A stretch of DNA of 63,103 nt, filler included, from Acidimicrobiia bacterium (GTDB lineage Bacteria > Actinomycetota > Acidimicrobiia > Spongiisociales > JAHEDJ01): NCBI GenBank assembly GCA_029210695.1. It is 11 parts of 11 records of this genome, joined end to end, with 100 filler letters (N's around TTAATTAATTAA, not from the genome) between each part and the next. Parts side by side here need not be neighbours in the genome. Positions count along the whole stretch, not along the records: positions 28,557 to 35,138 come from JARGFH010000104.1; positions 35,239 to 41,761 come from JARGFH010000105.1; 9 more parts are not named here. One strand, 5' to 3'. The position numbers and the translations under genes are program-made. Shown piece after piece: positions 29,459-38,912 of the stretch (positions within the stretch are counted from its first letter, which is position 1; each line of letters opens with the position of its first letter). The notes under the pieces were generated by a model. That model saw only the letters and a list, made by a program, of their open reading frames with translations. It searched no databases and was not told the DNA's origin.

Positions 29459-30382
29459 CGGCTGTCGCGCTCCGCGGACGGATCCGCGCACCGTGACGAG
29501 GGCAATGCCCCCAAGGATGAACAGCACGCCGAAACTTTGCAGAACCGAGATCGATTCCCCGAGCAGCGTGGTGCCCCAGACGAGCCCCAGCACCGGCTGC
29601 AGGAGGATCAAGAATGATCCTGCCAGTGCGGGCAGCAGCGGCAGCGTGGCTCCTATGAGTAGCCATCCGGCGACTTGCACGGTCAATGCCATCAGCGCCA
29701 GCCACCCGTGGGACGGCCAGGAGGGAACGAGGTCGAACCCGGAGTCGAAGATGCCGAGCAGCAGTGCTCCGGCAGCAGCCCCGACGGTTGCGTCGAGCAG
29801 CGGACCGGCGGGCGGAGCGGGCGAGGTGTTGGCAGAACGGAACGTCATTAGAAACGCCGCGTACGCCATCGCCGCTCCAACTCCGAGCAGCACGCCCCGC
29901 CCCGGGTCGTCTCCGAAACTGTCGATACGTCCGAGACCGGATAGGAACGCCGCTCCCACCAGGACGGCAGGCAGAGCGACGAGCGCCGCCCGGCTCGGCC
30001 GGTCCCGATACACGAGGTAGGCCGCCAGGGCGACGAACAACACCTGGAGGTTGGCAAGCACCAGGCCGAGGGACGCTCCGATGGCGTCGATGGCTGCATG
30101 AAAGAGCATCAGGTCGACGGACAGGATCAAACCAGACCCGATGGCCATGGCTCGTGCCCGACGGGTTCTCAGATCCTTGGCTCGCCGGGGTGCCCACACG
30201 AGGACCAGGAGCGGAATCGCGTAGATTGCGCGAAAGAACGTGACCGTGTTGGGTGACGAATCCGCCAGCTTGACGAGGGTCGAGGAAAACGAGATGAACG
30301 AGACGCCGACCAAACCCCGAATATGGGTCGCCGTCGGCCGCCGGATCGGCTTTGAGCTCGGAGCGGCGCCCGGCCCGGTCAC
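29441..30382 (-). CDS. DMT/EamA family transporter
   Basis: 10 TM in two repeats, LLQPV, LLGE. Confidence 0.85.
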   Translation of the reverse strand: MTGPGAAPSSKPIRRPTATHIRGLVGVSFISFSSTLVKLADSSPNTVTFFRAIYAIPLLVLVWAPRRAKDLRTRRARAMAIGSGLILSVDLMLFHAAIDAIGASLGLVLANLQVLFVALAAYLVYRDRPSRAALVALPAVLVGAAFLSGLGRIDSFGDDPGRGVLLGVGAAMAYAAFLMTFRSANTSPAPPAGPLLDATVGAAAGALLLGIFDSGFDLVPSWPSHGWLALMALTVQVAGWLLIGATLPLLPALAGSFLILLQPVLGLVWGTTLLGESISVLQSFGVLFILGGIALVTVRGSVRGARQPSHDPG

Positions 30383-30383
30383 G

Positions 30384-31790
30384 TCAGAGCGCGTCGATCA
30401 GCGAGTCGAGCGATGATTGGATCGCCTCGCCGAAGCTGCGGACGTCCGGGACGAGGTCTCGATCGGCGTTGAGACCCCAGGTCAGCGATCCGTTGTAACT
30501 GAACTGGGCCAGGCCGAGCCCATGTTCAGCCCAGAGGGGCACGAGGGGCACCTGCACCAGCAAGCGCGATCCAAGCAGATAGAGAGGGAATTGTGGCCCC
30601 GGTACGTTGGTGACCGTCATGTTGAAGGGCCGGATGTTTCCGGCAGCCAATCTGGCTCCCATCGACACGAGGGTGCTCGGAGCGCCGGCGCTCAGTTGGA
30701 CCAGGCTGGAGGCGCCTAATGCCTGGTCGGTCTCCTTGAGGGTTCTGGTTTCCTGCTGGATCCGCCGGAGACGCTTCACCGGATCGGGTTCCTCGAGAGG
30801 CAGTGAGACCAGCCACATGGCGACCTGGTTGCCGAGTTGTCCCCGTTGATCGGCAGAGCGAACGCTGACCGGTGCCATGACCCGGTAGTCGAGATCGTCA
30901 ACCGGGAAGTCCCTGTTTGTGATGAGGAACTCCCGGATCGCTCCCGCGGCGATGGCGAGCACCGTGTCGTTGACGGTCCCGCCGAGCGCGTTCTTGACTG
31001 CTTTGACCTGGGTCAGGTCGGTGACCTGCCAGTCGATGCGGCGGTTCGGGCTCATGCGGTGGTTGAGTGGAGTCTGTGAGGCTGCGCTGAGCCATCCCGA
31101 ACCGAGCGAATGAGTCATGGCTCGCAACCGTCGTCCTGCTTCGCCGGTCAACTGCTGCGCGTCTTTGGCCAGCCGTCCGAGATCTTTGACCAGATCGATT
31201 GAATTGCGCAGTCGCCTCCCGGTCTCTGCGGCGACGAGTTCGGCACCCGAAGGAGCCTGGCGCGGCTTCCACTCGGCGGTCGGTTCGATGTCTTCGGTCG
31301 GGATGACGTTGAACATGACCGCCATGAGATCGACCCCCGACAGTCCGTCGATCATGCAGTGATGCACCTTGGCAATCAATGCGAATCGATCATCCTCGAG
31401 GCCCTCAACGATGGATAGTTCCCAGAGGGGCTTGGCGCGGTCGAGGTTGCGAGAAACGAGGTGGCCGACGAGTTCCTTGAGCTGCGCGTCGGTGCCGGGC
31501 CGCGGCAGGCTGGAGTGGCGGACGTGGAAGGCCAGATCGAACTCGTGGTCGTCCACCCAAACGGGATGCCGTTCGAATGGAACCCACGCCAGTCTCTGGT
31601 GGTACCGGGGAACGTATTGCAGTTTGGAGGCGACGAAGGCACGAATTCGATCGATATCGATGCCGCCGTCGGCGCGTCGAAGCGGCCCTGCTTCGAAGAT
31701 GCCGACCGCGGCCACGTGCATGTGGAGCTCGGGGGTCTCCAGAGCCAGGAACGACGTGTCTAGGGATGAAAGTCGTTCGTAGGCGACCAT
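30384..31790 (-). CDS. Wax ester synthase/diacylglycerol acyltransferase
   Basis: HHCMIDG catalytic motif, TVND, LGN, TNVPGP. Confidence 0.93.
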   Translation of the reverse strand: MVAYERLSSLDTSFLALETPELHMHVAAVGIFEAGPLRRADGGIDIDRIRAFVASKLQYVPRYHQRLAWVPFERHPVWVDDHEFDLAFHVRHSSLPRPGTDAQLKELVGHLVSRNLDRAKPLWELSIVEGLEDDRFALIAKVHHCMIDGLSGVDLMAVMFNVIPTEDIEPTAEWKPRQAPSGAELVAAETGRRLRNSIDLVKDLGRLAKDAQQLTGEAGRRLRAMTHSLGSGWLSAASQTPLNHRMSPNRRIDWQVTDLTQVKAVKNALGGTVNDTVLAIAAGAIREFLITNRDFPVDDLDYRVMAPVSVRSADQRGQLGNQVAMWLVSLPLEEPDPVKRLRRIQQETRTLKETDQALGASSLVQLSAGAPSTLVSMGARLAAGNIRPFNMTVTNVPGPQFPLYLLGSRLLVQVPLVPLWAEHGLGLAQFSYNGSLTWGLNADRDLVPDVRSFGEAIQSSLDSLIDAL

Positions 31791-31804
31791 TGGATGTTCC
31801 TTTC

Positions 31805-31879
31805 GGCGCCCGCGGCAGGAATCGAACCTGCGACCTACTGCTTAGGAGGCAGTTGCTCTATCCCCTGAGCTACGCGGGC
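31805..31879 (-). tRNA. tRNA-Arg (CCT)
   Basis: GCCCGCG acceptor, TAGCTCAGGGGATAGAGC, CT-CCT-AA loop, GGTTCGATTCC; 3' end reads CC then G. Confidence 0.93.
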
Positions 31880-31966
31880 GTTCGGCAGGAAGCGTAGTAG
31901 CGCTCGCAGATGACGGCGGGCGGAGTCGGCGGTGTGGCGACTCCGCCGGGTGGCCGGGTACAGGGA

Positions 31967-34537
31967 CTACCCGGTGCGAAGCCGGGTGACCGTTGCACCC
32001 GGCGCGGACGGATCGAGTAACAGGTGGGGAACGAGGTCGATCGCCTGGTCGATTGGAACGGGGGGAGAGAGGTAGAAGCCCTGGACGTGCCGGCACCCCA
32101 GTTGCCGCAGCCTCATGAGCTGATCCCGGGTTTCCACTCCTTCGATGATGGAGCCGAGTTCGAGCGAGTTGCCGATCGTCAGCACGGTGCGGACCAGCGA
32201 GGTTTCGCCATGCCCGAGACGCTCGACGAAGGATCGATCGATTTTCACGATGTCAATTGGCAGGCGATCCAGGTAGCTCAATGAGGAGTAGCCGGTTCCG
32301 AAATCATCGATGGCGAGATGGATGCCGAGCGCCTTCAGTTGTTCGAGGCGATGGACGGCCGTATGCATGACGACGTTCTCGGTGACCTCGAGTGTCAACC
32401 GGTCCGGGTCGAGGCCGGTCTCCGAGAGGACAGAGCGGACTCGATCGACGATATTCGCTTCCTGCAACTGCTTTGGGGACAAATTCACGGTGACCCCAAC
32501 CGTGGACTCAGGGTGCGCTGCCTGCCAGCGTTGCGCATCGCCGCACGCTTTGGTCAAGGCCCATTCGCCGAGCGTAACGATCAGGCCGGATTCCTCGGTA
32601 TAGGGGATGAACTCGTTCGGCTGGATGACGCCACGCTCCGGATGATTCCACCGCATCAGCGCCTCGAAGCTGGCGATGACACCTGAGTGGATGTCGACGA
32701 TCGGCTGGTAGTGGAGATCGAGCTGATCCAGACGCAGGGCCGACTGGAGGGCGGCGCGGAGCTCGAGGGTTTTCGATACCGCTTCGTGCATGGACTCCTC
32801 GAAGGTCCGGTAGGTTCCTTTGCCCTGATGCTTCGCTGCGTACATGGCTGCGTCGGCATTGCTCAGAAGCTCCCGCGGTCCGTCATCGGGACGGGCGAAA
32901 GCGACGCCGATGCTGGCCCTGGTGACGACCTGGCGGTCCTCGATGGCAAACGGCATGTTCAGTGATTCGACCATCCGCGTCGCCAGCGCTTCGACACCTG
33001 CCTCATCCCTTGCGACCGGGACGAGCACCGCGAACTCATCGCCCCCGATCCGGGCCACCTCGTCGTCGGCACGGCACACTGCCTGGAGGCGGGCAGCCAC
33101 CTCGATCAGCAGCTGATCTCCGGCTGCATGGCCGAGGCTGTCGTTGACGCTCTTGAAGTCGTCGAGGTCTAGGAACATCACGGCGACGGATGCGTCCGGA
33201 GTAATCGCATCGAGTGCCTCAGTCACCTTGAGCGAGAAGTTGGCTCGATTGGCGAGACCGGTGAGTGAATCATGGAGTGCCTGGTGCTTCAGTTCTTCCT
33301 TGAGTTCGGTGAGGCTGGCCAGCGAGTCGACGAGTTTGCCGTTTTCGAGTGAGACGGCGACCTGCCTCGCGAAAGTCTCCAACAGGCGGCTGTCACGCTG
33401 CTTGTACTTGCTCACGTCATCTAGTTTGTTGGCAACGAGGAGCACTCCGCCGACGGCATCATCGACAAACAGGGGAGTGGCAATACCCTCGCGAATCGGC
33501 GGGCACCCAACCGGGCGGATGATCTCCGGCTCACTCTTGGCGAACATATGCGTCGTTTGTGCCTCGGCGATCGGGTGCCAGATGGATCTCTCATGGTCGA
33601 GATTGATGAGCGTCATTGCCAAACGGTCGTCGGCCGGCCCCACCCTGGTGCGGTAGGCGGCTTCATGCGTGTCGCCTGAGAACAAAGTGATCTCCGCGTA
33701 TTCGGCCTGGAACATGGCCCGTGCTCGCTCAGCTGCCACCAGCATCGCCTCTTCGATCTCAGGCGTCTCATGCAGGACGCGGGTCGCCTCGTACAACGAT
33801 TCAAGGCGGGTGCGCTGCTCCCGCTGGCCCATGTAGGCCCGATAGGAAAGAAAGAGGACCGCCGGCGGGATGAGTGAGAGCAACGCCATTCCGGGTGCGA
33901 GTTTGGCCATGGTGACTGCGATGAGCGCCAGGCTGGCGCTCATCATCGTGGCCAGCGTGCTGAGCCAGACGACTTCGGCCAGTCCCGGTCGGCGGAACGA
34001 CCCTGAAACCAGAAATATGGCCAGGTTGACCAATCCCATCGCCACGATCAGAGAGACGAGCGCTCCGAGCAACCCTCCCGCCCATCCGGCCGGCCCAAGT
34101 GGGTCGCCCAGCCTGATGATGAGGCGAAATACGATTGCTGCAACGCCAAAAACGAGCGTGAACTGCGATACATTGAAGAGGAGTTTGAGGAGCGGTTGTC
34201 GCCGGTGAATCGAAAGCACGAGCGCGCTCCCGATTAGCACTGCCAGCATCATCTCGCCGGGCGCAAAGAAATACAGGCCGAAGATGAGGGGTATCTCGCT
34301 CATCGAGAAGGAGTGAGCGTCGCGCCGACCGCGGAAATGAACGACTGTGATTTCCGAGAGGTATACGGCCGGAACCAGCAACCACCAGTGCAGGTTCGTT
34401 GTATCCGGCAGGGGTTCCCAGTCGGCGACGATGAGATGGACCAGTAGCGCCGCAACCGCCACGGCCAGGGTCAGCAACAACACGCGCATCGAACCGGACA
34501 TCCGGTTCGTCTCTCGTCTCGGCGGGTTGTCTGTCAT
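31967..34537 (-). CDS. Membrane GAF-GGDEF-EAL diguanylate cyclase/phosphodiesterase
   Basis: About 7 TM, GAF, RADD I-site, GGDEF, EALMRW, DDFGTGYSS. Confidence 0.92.
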   Translation of the reverse strand: MTDNPPRRETNRMSGSMRVLLLTLAVAVAALLVHLIVADWEPLPDTTNLHWWLLVPAVYLSEITVVHFRGRRDAHSFSMSEIPLIFGLYFFAPGEMMLAVLIGSALVLSIHRRQPLLKLLFNVSQFTLVFGVAAIVFRLIIRLGDPLGPAGWAGGLLGALVSLIVAMGLVNLAIFLVSGSFRRPGLAEVVWLSTLATMMSASLALIAVTMAKLAPGMALLSLIPPAVLFLSYRAYMGQREQRTRLESLYEATRVLHETPEIEEAMLVAAERARAMFQAEYAEITLFSGDTHEAAYRTRVGPADDRLAMTLINLDHERSIWHPIAEAQTTHMFAKSEPEIIRPVGCPPIREGIATPLFVDDAVGGVLLVANKLDDVSKYKQRDSRLLETFARQVAVSLENGKLVDSLASLTELKEELKHQALHDSLTGLANRANFSLKVTEALDAITPDASVAVMFLDLDDFKSVNDSLGHAAGDQLLIEVAARLQAVCRADDEVARIGGDEFAVLVPVARDEAGVEALATRMVESLNMPFAIEDRQVVTRASIGVAFARPDDGPRELLSNADAAMYAAKHQGKGTYRTFEESMHEAVSKTLELRAALQSALRLDQLDLHYQPIVDIHSGVIASFEALMRWNHPERGVIQPNEFIPYTEESGLIVTLGEWALTKACGDAQRWQAAHPESTVGVTVNLSPKQLQEANIVDRVRSVLSETGLDPDRLTLEVTENVVMHTAVHRLEQLKALGIHLAIDDFGTGYSSLSYLDRLPIDIVKIDRSFVERLGHGETSLVRTVLTIGNSLELGSIIEGVETRDQLMRLRQLGCRHVQGFYLSPPVPIDQAIDLVPHLLLDPSAPGATVTRLRTG

Positions 34538-34549
34538 CGGTACTTTCGC

Positions 34550-34606
34550 CTACTGCTCTGGCCTGAGGACTGCCCGTCCCAATCGGAGGATCACTTCTCC
34601 GCTCAT
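34550..34606 (-). CDS. Candidate 18-aa small ORF MSGEVILRLGRAVLRPEQ
   Basis: GGGAG 6 nt before ATG; stop 12 nt before the GGDEF-EAL start. Confidence 0.4.
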   Translation of the reverse strand: MSGEVILRLGRAVLRPEQ

Positions 34607-34891
34607 GATGAACTCCCGGTGTCTCTGGTTCCTTGCAGGAGGTATCGGCCGGATTGCGCACGAACTTGGTGACCCTTCCCAACTCACTCGAGGTGACTAG
34701 TTATCAATTCGTGCGGTCGTGACGGCGAGATATATGCGCCGGGGATGAAGCCGACATGGCCCGGACGATCGTGAAACGGCGTCGGGCCGGATGTCTCCAG
34801 CCCGACGGTGTTGGGGCGTATCTTGATTCGGGGCTTCGCCGGTTCGATCGAATGCGCGCCGCTCGGTGACCGGCATGAGCTCATCAGGTTG

Positions 34892-35062
34892 CTACGACCA
34901 GGAGACTCCGCGCATGGATGAGACGCCGGACAGATTCCACGGGTATGGAGCAATTGGATTGTCGAAACCTTTGGCCACGACGGTCGAATCGAATGGGGAC
35001 GTCGCCAGGGAATCAGCCGAGTCGGCTGCGCTTGGGGCAGGCGCCAGCGTGGCGATCATCAC
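34892..35062 (-). CDS. Small secreted peptide precursor ending RGVSWS, 5'-truncated by IS21
   Basis: Open frame VMIATLAPAPSAA-DSADS...PYPWNLSGVSSMRGVSWS*; begins exactly at the IS junction. Confidence 0.55.
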   Translation of the reverse strand: MMIATLAPAPSAADSADSLATSPFDSTVVAKGFDNPIAPYPWNLSGVSSMRGVSWS

Positions 35063-35138
35063 TGTCGCCACCGGGTGAATACTGACCCTTTATCACCGCT
35101 CGAATTTTGACCCCCTCCTGGTCGGGTCCACCACTGAT
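35063..35138 (+). mobile_element. IS21-family terminus type B
   Basis: TGTCGCCACCGGGTGAATACTGACCC...GAATTTTGACCC repeats at the contig end. Confidence 0.7.
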
Positions 35139-35238
35139 NNNNNNNNNNNNNNNNNNNNNNNNNNNNNNNNNNNNNNNNNNNNTTAATTAATTAANNNNNN
35201 NNNNNNNNNNNNNNNNNNNNNNNNNNNNNNNNNNNNNN

Positions 35239-36345
35239 GCCCAGGACGCGCTCAGGACGCGATCCGGTCGTGGAGTGGGTGTCTAGGCGGTCCATCAATT
35301 CGGCGAGATCACCTTCGAAAAGGTGCACGTAGGTGTTCAACGTGACGGTTGCGTTGCGGTGACCGAGCTGCTGTTGGATGGCTTTCACATCCGCACCTGC
35401 CGCTCTCATCAGCGACGCGCACGTGTGACGCAGGTCGTGGGGTGTGATATCGACGAGATCCTCGCCGGATTGCTCGCGCGCACGATCCCAGACGGCCTTT
35501 CTCATGTTCGGGTACCGGAGTGGCCCTCCGCGTGGGGCGGTGAACACCAGTGCTCCCGGAGCGTCTTCGACATCCTCCAAGTGCCGGCCTAAGAACTCGG
35601 AAACGAAGGCCGGAAGGTGAACGGTTCGCGACTGGTTGTTCTTTGTCGTTCCGAAATCGAGGCGTCCGGCGATTTCCGTTGCGGACTGTGTTATCTGGAG
35701 CCTGCGACGGAGAACATCGACCCGACCACGGCGTAGTGCCACTAGTTCGCCCCATCGAAGGCCTCCGTATGCGAGCACATATACCATTGTCTTGTGTTGG
35801 CCGCTCGGCATCGCCTCAGCCAATCGGGTCACCTGTTCGGCTGTGAGGTAGCGGTGGGACGGTTCGCGGAGTCGGGGCAGCTCGACTCTTCTTGCCGGAT
35901 TTCGCCCAATCACTCCGTCGTCGACAGCCTGTTCGAGAATCGCTGCCAAGCATTGGTGGGCTTGGCGGATCCGCGATGCCGACAGGCCCTCTTGCGTCAT
36001 CGAACGCACCCAGGAGCCCACCATCGATCGATCGATAGTCGCGAGTCGGGTTCGACCCAAAGTCGGAAGGATGCGTGATTCGAGCAGCGACCGGTATCCC
36101 TCCCGAGTCTTCGGTTTGATTCGCGACTTCGCCATGAGCCAACTGGTCGCGTAGTCGGCGAATGAAATGAGTCCGCCGTTTGGATCGATCCACTGGCCAC
36201 GATTAGCCCTTGCCAGCTGATCCGTAAGCCATTTCTCAGCGTCTGTCTTGCGGTCGAATGTCCGGCTGTGCCACCGGCCATCAGGGCCCTCGTATCGGGC
36301 CCGATAGCGGCCGTTCCCACGTCGATCGATTGCGCCCCTCGCCAT
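35239..36345 (-). CDS. Tyrosine recombinase/integrase (3' end at contig edge)
   Basis: N-terminal arm-binding YRARY, LRWGE, HDLRH, LGH, catalytic Y. Confidence 0.93.
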
Positions 36346-36433
36346 GTTCACCTCGCGGTCGCCCGGTCAATACCGTTTCCCAGTATGCACGACTACGCCA
36401 CCCGATGGTTCGGGTGGCTGGTCCAACGATGCC

Positions 36434-36637
36434 CTAGCGCCGAGGAAGGGTGCCGGTCTCCTGGAGTTGCTCGGCGATCCATCGTTTGACGTCGCCGAGT
36501 CGATACCGGAGGTGTCTACCTGCTTTGAAGCCGGGAGGGCCTTGTCGGCGGTGTCTCCATGCGTAGAGGGTAGCTACCGGCACGTCCAAGTAGACCGCGA
36601 GCTCTCTCACTGTCAGCAATTGATCGAGTCGATCCAT
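36434..36637 (-). CDS. Excisionase-like HTH (MerR/AlpA type)
   Basis: LLTVRELAVYL.VP..TLY.WR...GP...GRHLRY. Confidence 0.88.
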   Translation of the reverse strand: MDRLDQLLTVRELAVYLDVPVATLYAWRHRRQGPPGFKAGRHLRYRLGDVKRWIAEQLQETGTLPRR

Positions 36638-36656
36638 GGCACCATCGTGCGCGCCG

Positions 36657-36894
36657 ACCCTGTCAGCTGAATGCCATTTCGACGTCTTTCGGATACATGT
36701 GAAGGCAGCGGGGCCAGAACGTTTGTCTCCCGCTCCGGACCAAGGGGTTTCGGCGTTGGAGGGTTTTTGACAGGGTTACTGACAGGGCTACTGACACTCT
36801 GCTGACAGGGTTGGACGCGATCGTCTTGGTATGACGATGTCGTTCACTCGTGTGAGGTCTGTCCTTCGGGCAGTTGGAGGGTTTCTGACAGGGT
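36657..36894. promoter_or_regulatory. TGACAGGG repeat array in divergent promoter
   Basis: Plus copies at 36768, 36780, 36803, 36886 (degenerate at 36792); inverted copy at 36658; 22-bp near-direct repeat at 36755 and 36873. Confidence 0.7.
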
Positions 36895-36926
36895 CGTCGC
36901 GTCACGTGTTCGAAGGTGCCCCTTAG

Positions 36927-38057
36927 GTGGATAATGAGATGTCTTTCCCAGTTTGTTCCGACAACTGCGTTTTCAGACGCGTAGGGTGGGAACGGCTACT
37001 GGGAGTGAGGGGTAGCCGTTTGAGTTGTGGACGCTGGTCAATCGGTTTCTGCGGCCTGACCCGGCCGCCGTCTGTTGCGGGCGTTGCTATGGCGGCGTTG
37101 CTGGTCTTGAGTGCCTGCACCTCGGGCTCTAGTGAGTCAACGACAACGTCGTCGATTCCACCGGTGACGTCCACATCTTCGGGCCCACTTTCGACTTCAA
37201 CGAGTTCGTCGACGTTGATTGCAGTGACGTCGACGCTTCCACCCACTGAAGATGTGGTCGACGGATGGAGCGCTTTTTGGGATGCGTGGGTGGAGGTGCG
37301 GGCCTCGGATGATCTCGATCGGGCGCCTCTCGATACGGTCGCTTCCCCGGACGTGGTCGATGGTGCTCTCGTCCTTTTCGAGCGTCAGCGCTCTTCGGGG
37401 CTTGGTCCGGTTGAGACCGAGGTTGTGCTCCACGCCACGGTTACCAGCTTGAATCCGGATCGGGCCTCTATCGAGGATTGTGTGCTGCTTTCGCCGGCCC
37501 TCAACGACACCGTTGGTGTCTGGTACCAGGCGGATCTGCTTCTGACTGAGCAGGGCTGGGTCGTTGACGCTGTTCGGATTCCGAGTGGTGGTGGTTGTGT
37601 ACCCGAGGAGATGGCTGGCGCGGCAATCGCCGGGTATGGGGCTTACTACGAAGCGCAGGTCGGGTTCTGGGACCCGCCCAATCCCGATAGCCCTCTCCTC
37701 GATCAGGTGCTCGTGGAGCCCCAAAGGAGCTTCATCATCGGATTGCTCCAGGAACACCAGGCCGAGGGAATTGCTCTCCGAGGTCGTCCCACTACGCATC
37801 CGGAGGTGATCGAGGTCCGGAGTCCGACCGAGATTGTGATCCTCGACTGCTTCGAACCCGCCCTGGATTTCGGCCTATATGACGTGGACACCAACGAGCG
37901 CCTTCCCGGCGACCCGCCCGTGCGGGAAGGTCAGCGGAACCTTCGATCTGCACTCATGGTGCTCGACGGTGGGCGTTGGAAAGTTTCGGACCTACAAGGA
38001 CAGGTGGATTTCGCATGCGAGTTTGCGCCGACCATTCGAGGACTTCCCTCCGTCTAG
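36927..38057 (+). CDS. Lipoprotein with two tandem related domains
   Basis: Lipobox LSAC, S/T linker, duplicated ..I.DC...W.V...C module; start uncertain. Confidence 0.75.
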   Translation: MDNEMSFPVCSDNCVFRRVGWERLLGVRGSRLSCGRWSIGFCGLTRPPSVAGVAMAALLVLSACTSGSSESTTTSSIPPVTSTSSGPLSTSTSSSTLIAVTSTLPPTEDVVDGWSAFWDAWVEVRASDDLDRAPLDTVASPDVVDGALVLFERQRSSGLGPVETEVVLHATVTSLNPDRASIEDCVLLSPALNDTVGVWYQADLLLTEQGWVVDAVRIPSGGGCVPEEMAGAAIAGYGAYYEAQVGFWDPPNPDSPLLDQVLVEPQRSFIIGLLQEHQAEGIALRGRPTTHPEVIEVRSPTEIVILDCFEPALDFGLYDVDTNERLPGDPPVREGQRNLRSALMVLDGGRWKVSDLQGQVDFACEFAPTIRGLPSV

Positions 38058-38911
38058 TACTGACGTTCGTCATCGTGCTTTCGACGTTCGTCGGCTCGTC
38101 GCCGCCCGCCCTTGGTCAGGCTTGTTCCGGAAGCGGGCAGATCGACGACCGGGGTGGAGAAGTGGTCGCCGAATGCGATGAGAACTCTCCAGGCTCATCC
38201 AGCGGGGTGACTGTCCACGGACTCTGGAGCGTCTACTGCGCCGATGTTGTCGGTGTGTATCAGGGGGGCGACACGGTCGAGCGTCGCCTCACCGGCAACC
38301 TGACATCGGCGGATATCGCTGATCTAGGTCTTGACATGGCGGGGGAGTACCGCTGGTTGCACGTGGAGTGTTGGCGGGACGGAATGTCGGCCTACGTATA
38401 CGACTATGCCGTAGATGCGCCGGCGGGCGTTTCAGCGGAGAACGTGCGTGATGAGGTGGCCGCACGTCTTGAGCCTCCTTCGCCCGAGCCCCGGACGAGT
38501 CCGCCGCTTTCGCAGAAAGCGTTCGTGCATGTTCGAACCTGGCTGTGGCTCGATGCGGCGGTCTGGTCGCCGATTGAGGTCTCTGAGAGTCGCGGCCTGA
38601 CGACGGTGACCGTGTGGGCAACGCCGACTCATGCCCGTTGGGTGATGGGCGATGGGGGCGGTGTTACCTGTTTGGGACCGGGTGTGGTGTGGACCTCGGG
38701 GTTGTCGGAGGACGCTTCGGATTGCTCGTACACCTACGAGCACAGCTCCTATGGCGAGCCGGAGGGGCGTTTCGAGGCGTCGGTGACGGTGACGTGGGAG
38801 TTCGAGTGGTGGATCAACGACGTGTACCAAGGGGTGTTTGGCACCGTCGATCTGGCTGCTGCCTTTGGGGTGGCGGTCGGCGAGATCCAAGCGGTGGAGA
38901 CGGGAGGCTGA
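38015..38911 (+). CDS. Secreted protein of actinobacterial Tad-like clusters (PKD-like C-terminus)
   Basis: Signal peptide, TWLW, W.MGDG..V.C.GPG, CSYTY..SS, V.EIQAV. Confidence 0.75.
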   Translation: MRVCADHSRTSLRLVLTFVIVLSTFVGSSPPALGQACSGSGQIDDRGGEVVAECDENSPGSSSGVTVHGLWSVYCADVVGVYQGGDTVERRLTGNLTSADIADLGLDMAGEYRWLHVECWRDGMSAYVYDYAVDAPAGVSAENVRDEVAARLEPPSPEPRTSPPLSQKAFVHVRTWLWLDAAVWSPIEVSESRGLTTVTVWATPTHARWVMGDGGGVTCLGPGVVWTSGLSEDASDCSYTYEHSSYGEPEGRFEASVTVTWEFEWWINDVYQGVFGTVDLAAAFGVAVGEIQAVETGG

Positions 38912-38912
38912 A

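Noticed and set aside
36755..36894. TGACAGGG repeats as a mini-CRISPR or plasmid iterons
   Set aside because: The units are only 8-9 bp, there is no rep gene, and the fixed distance to start codons fits promoter sites better.
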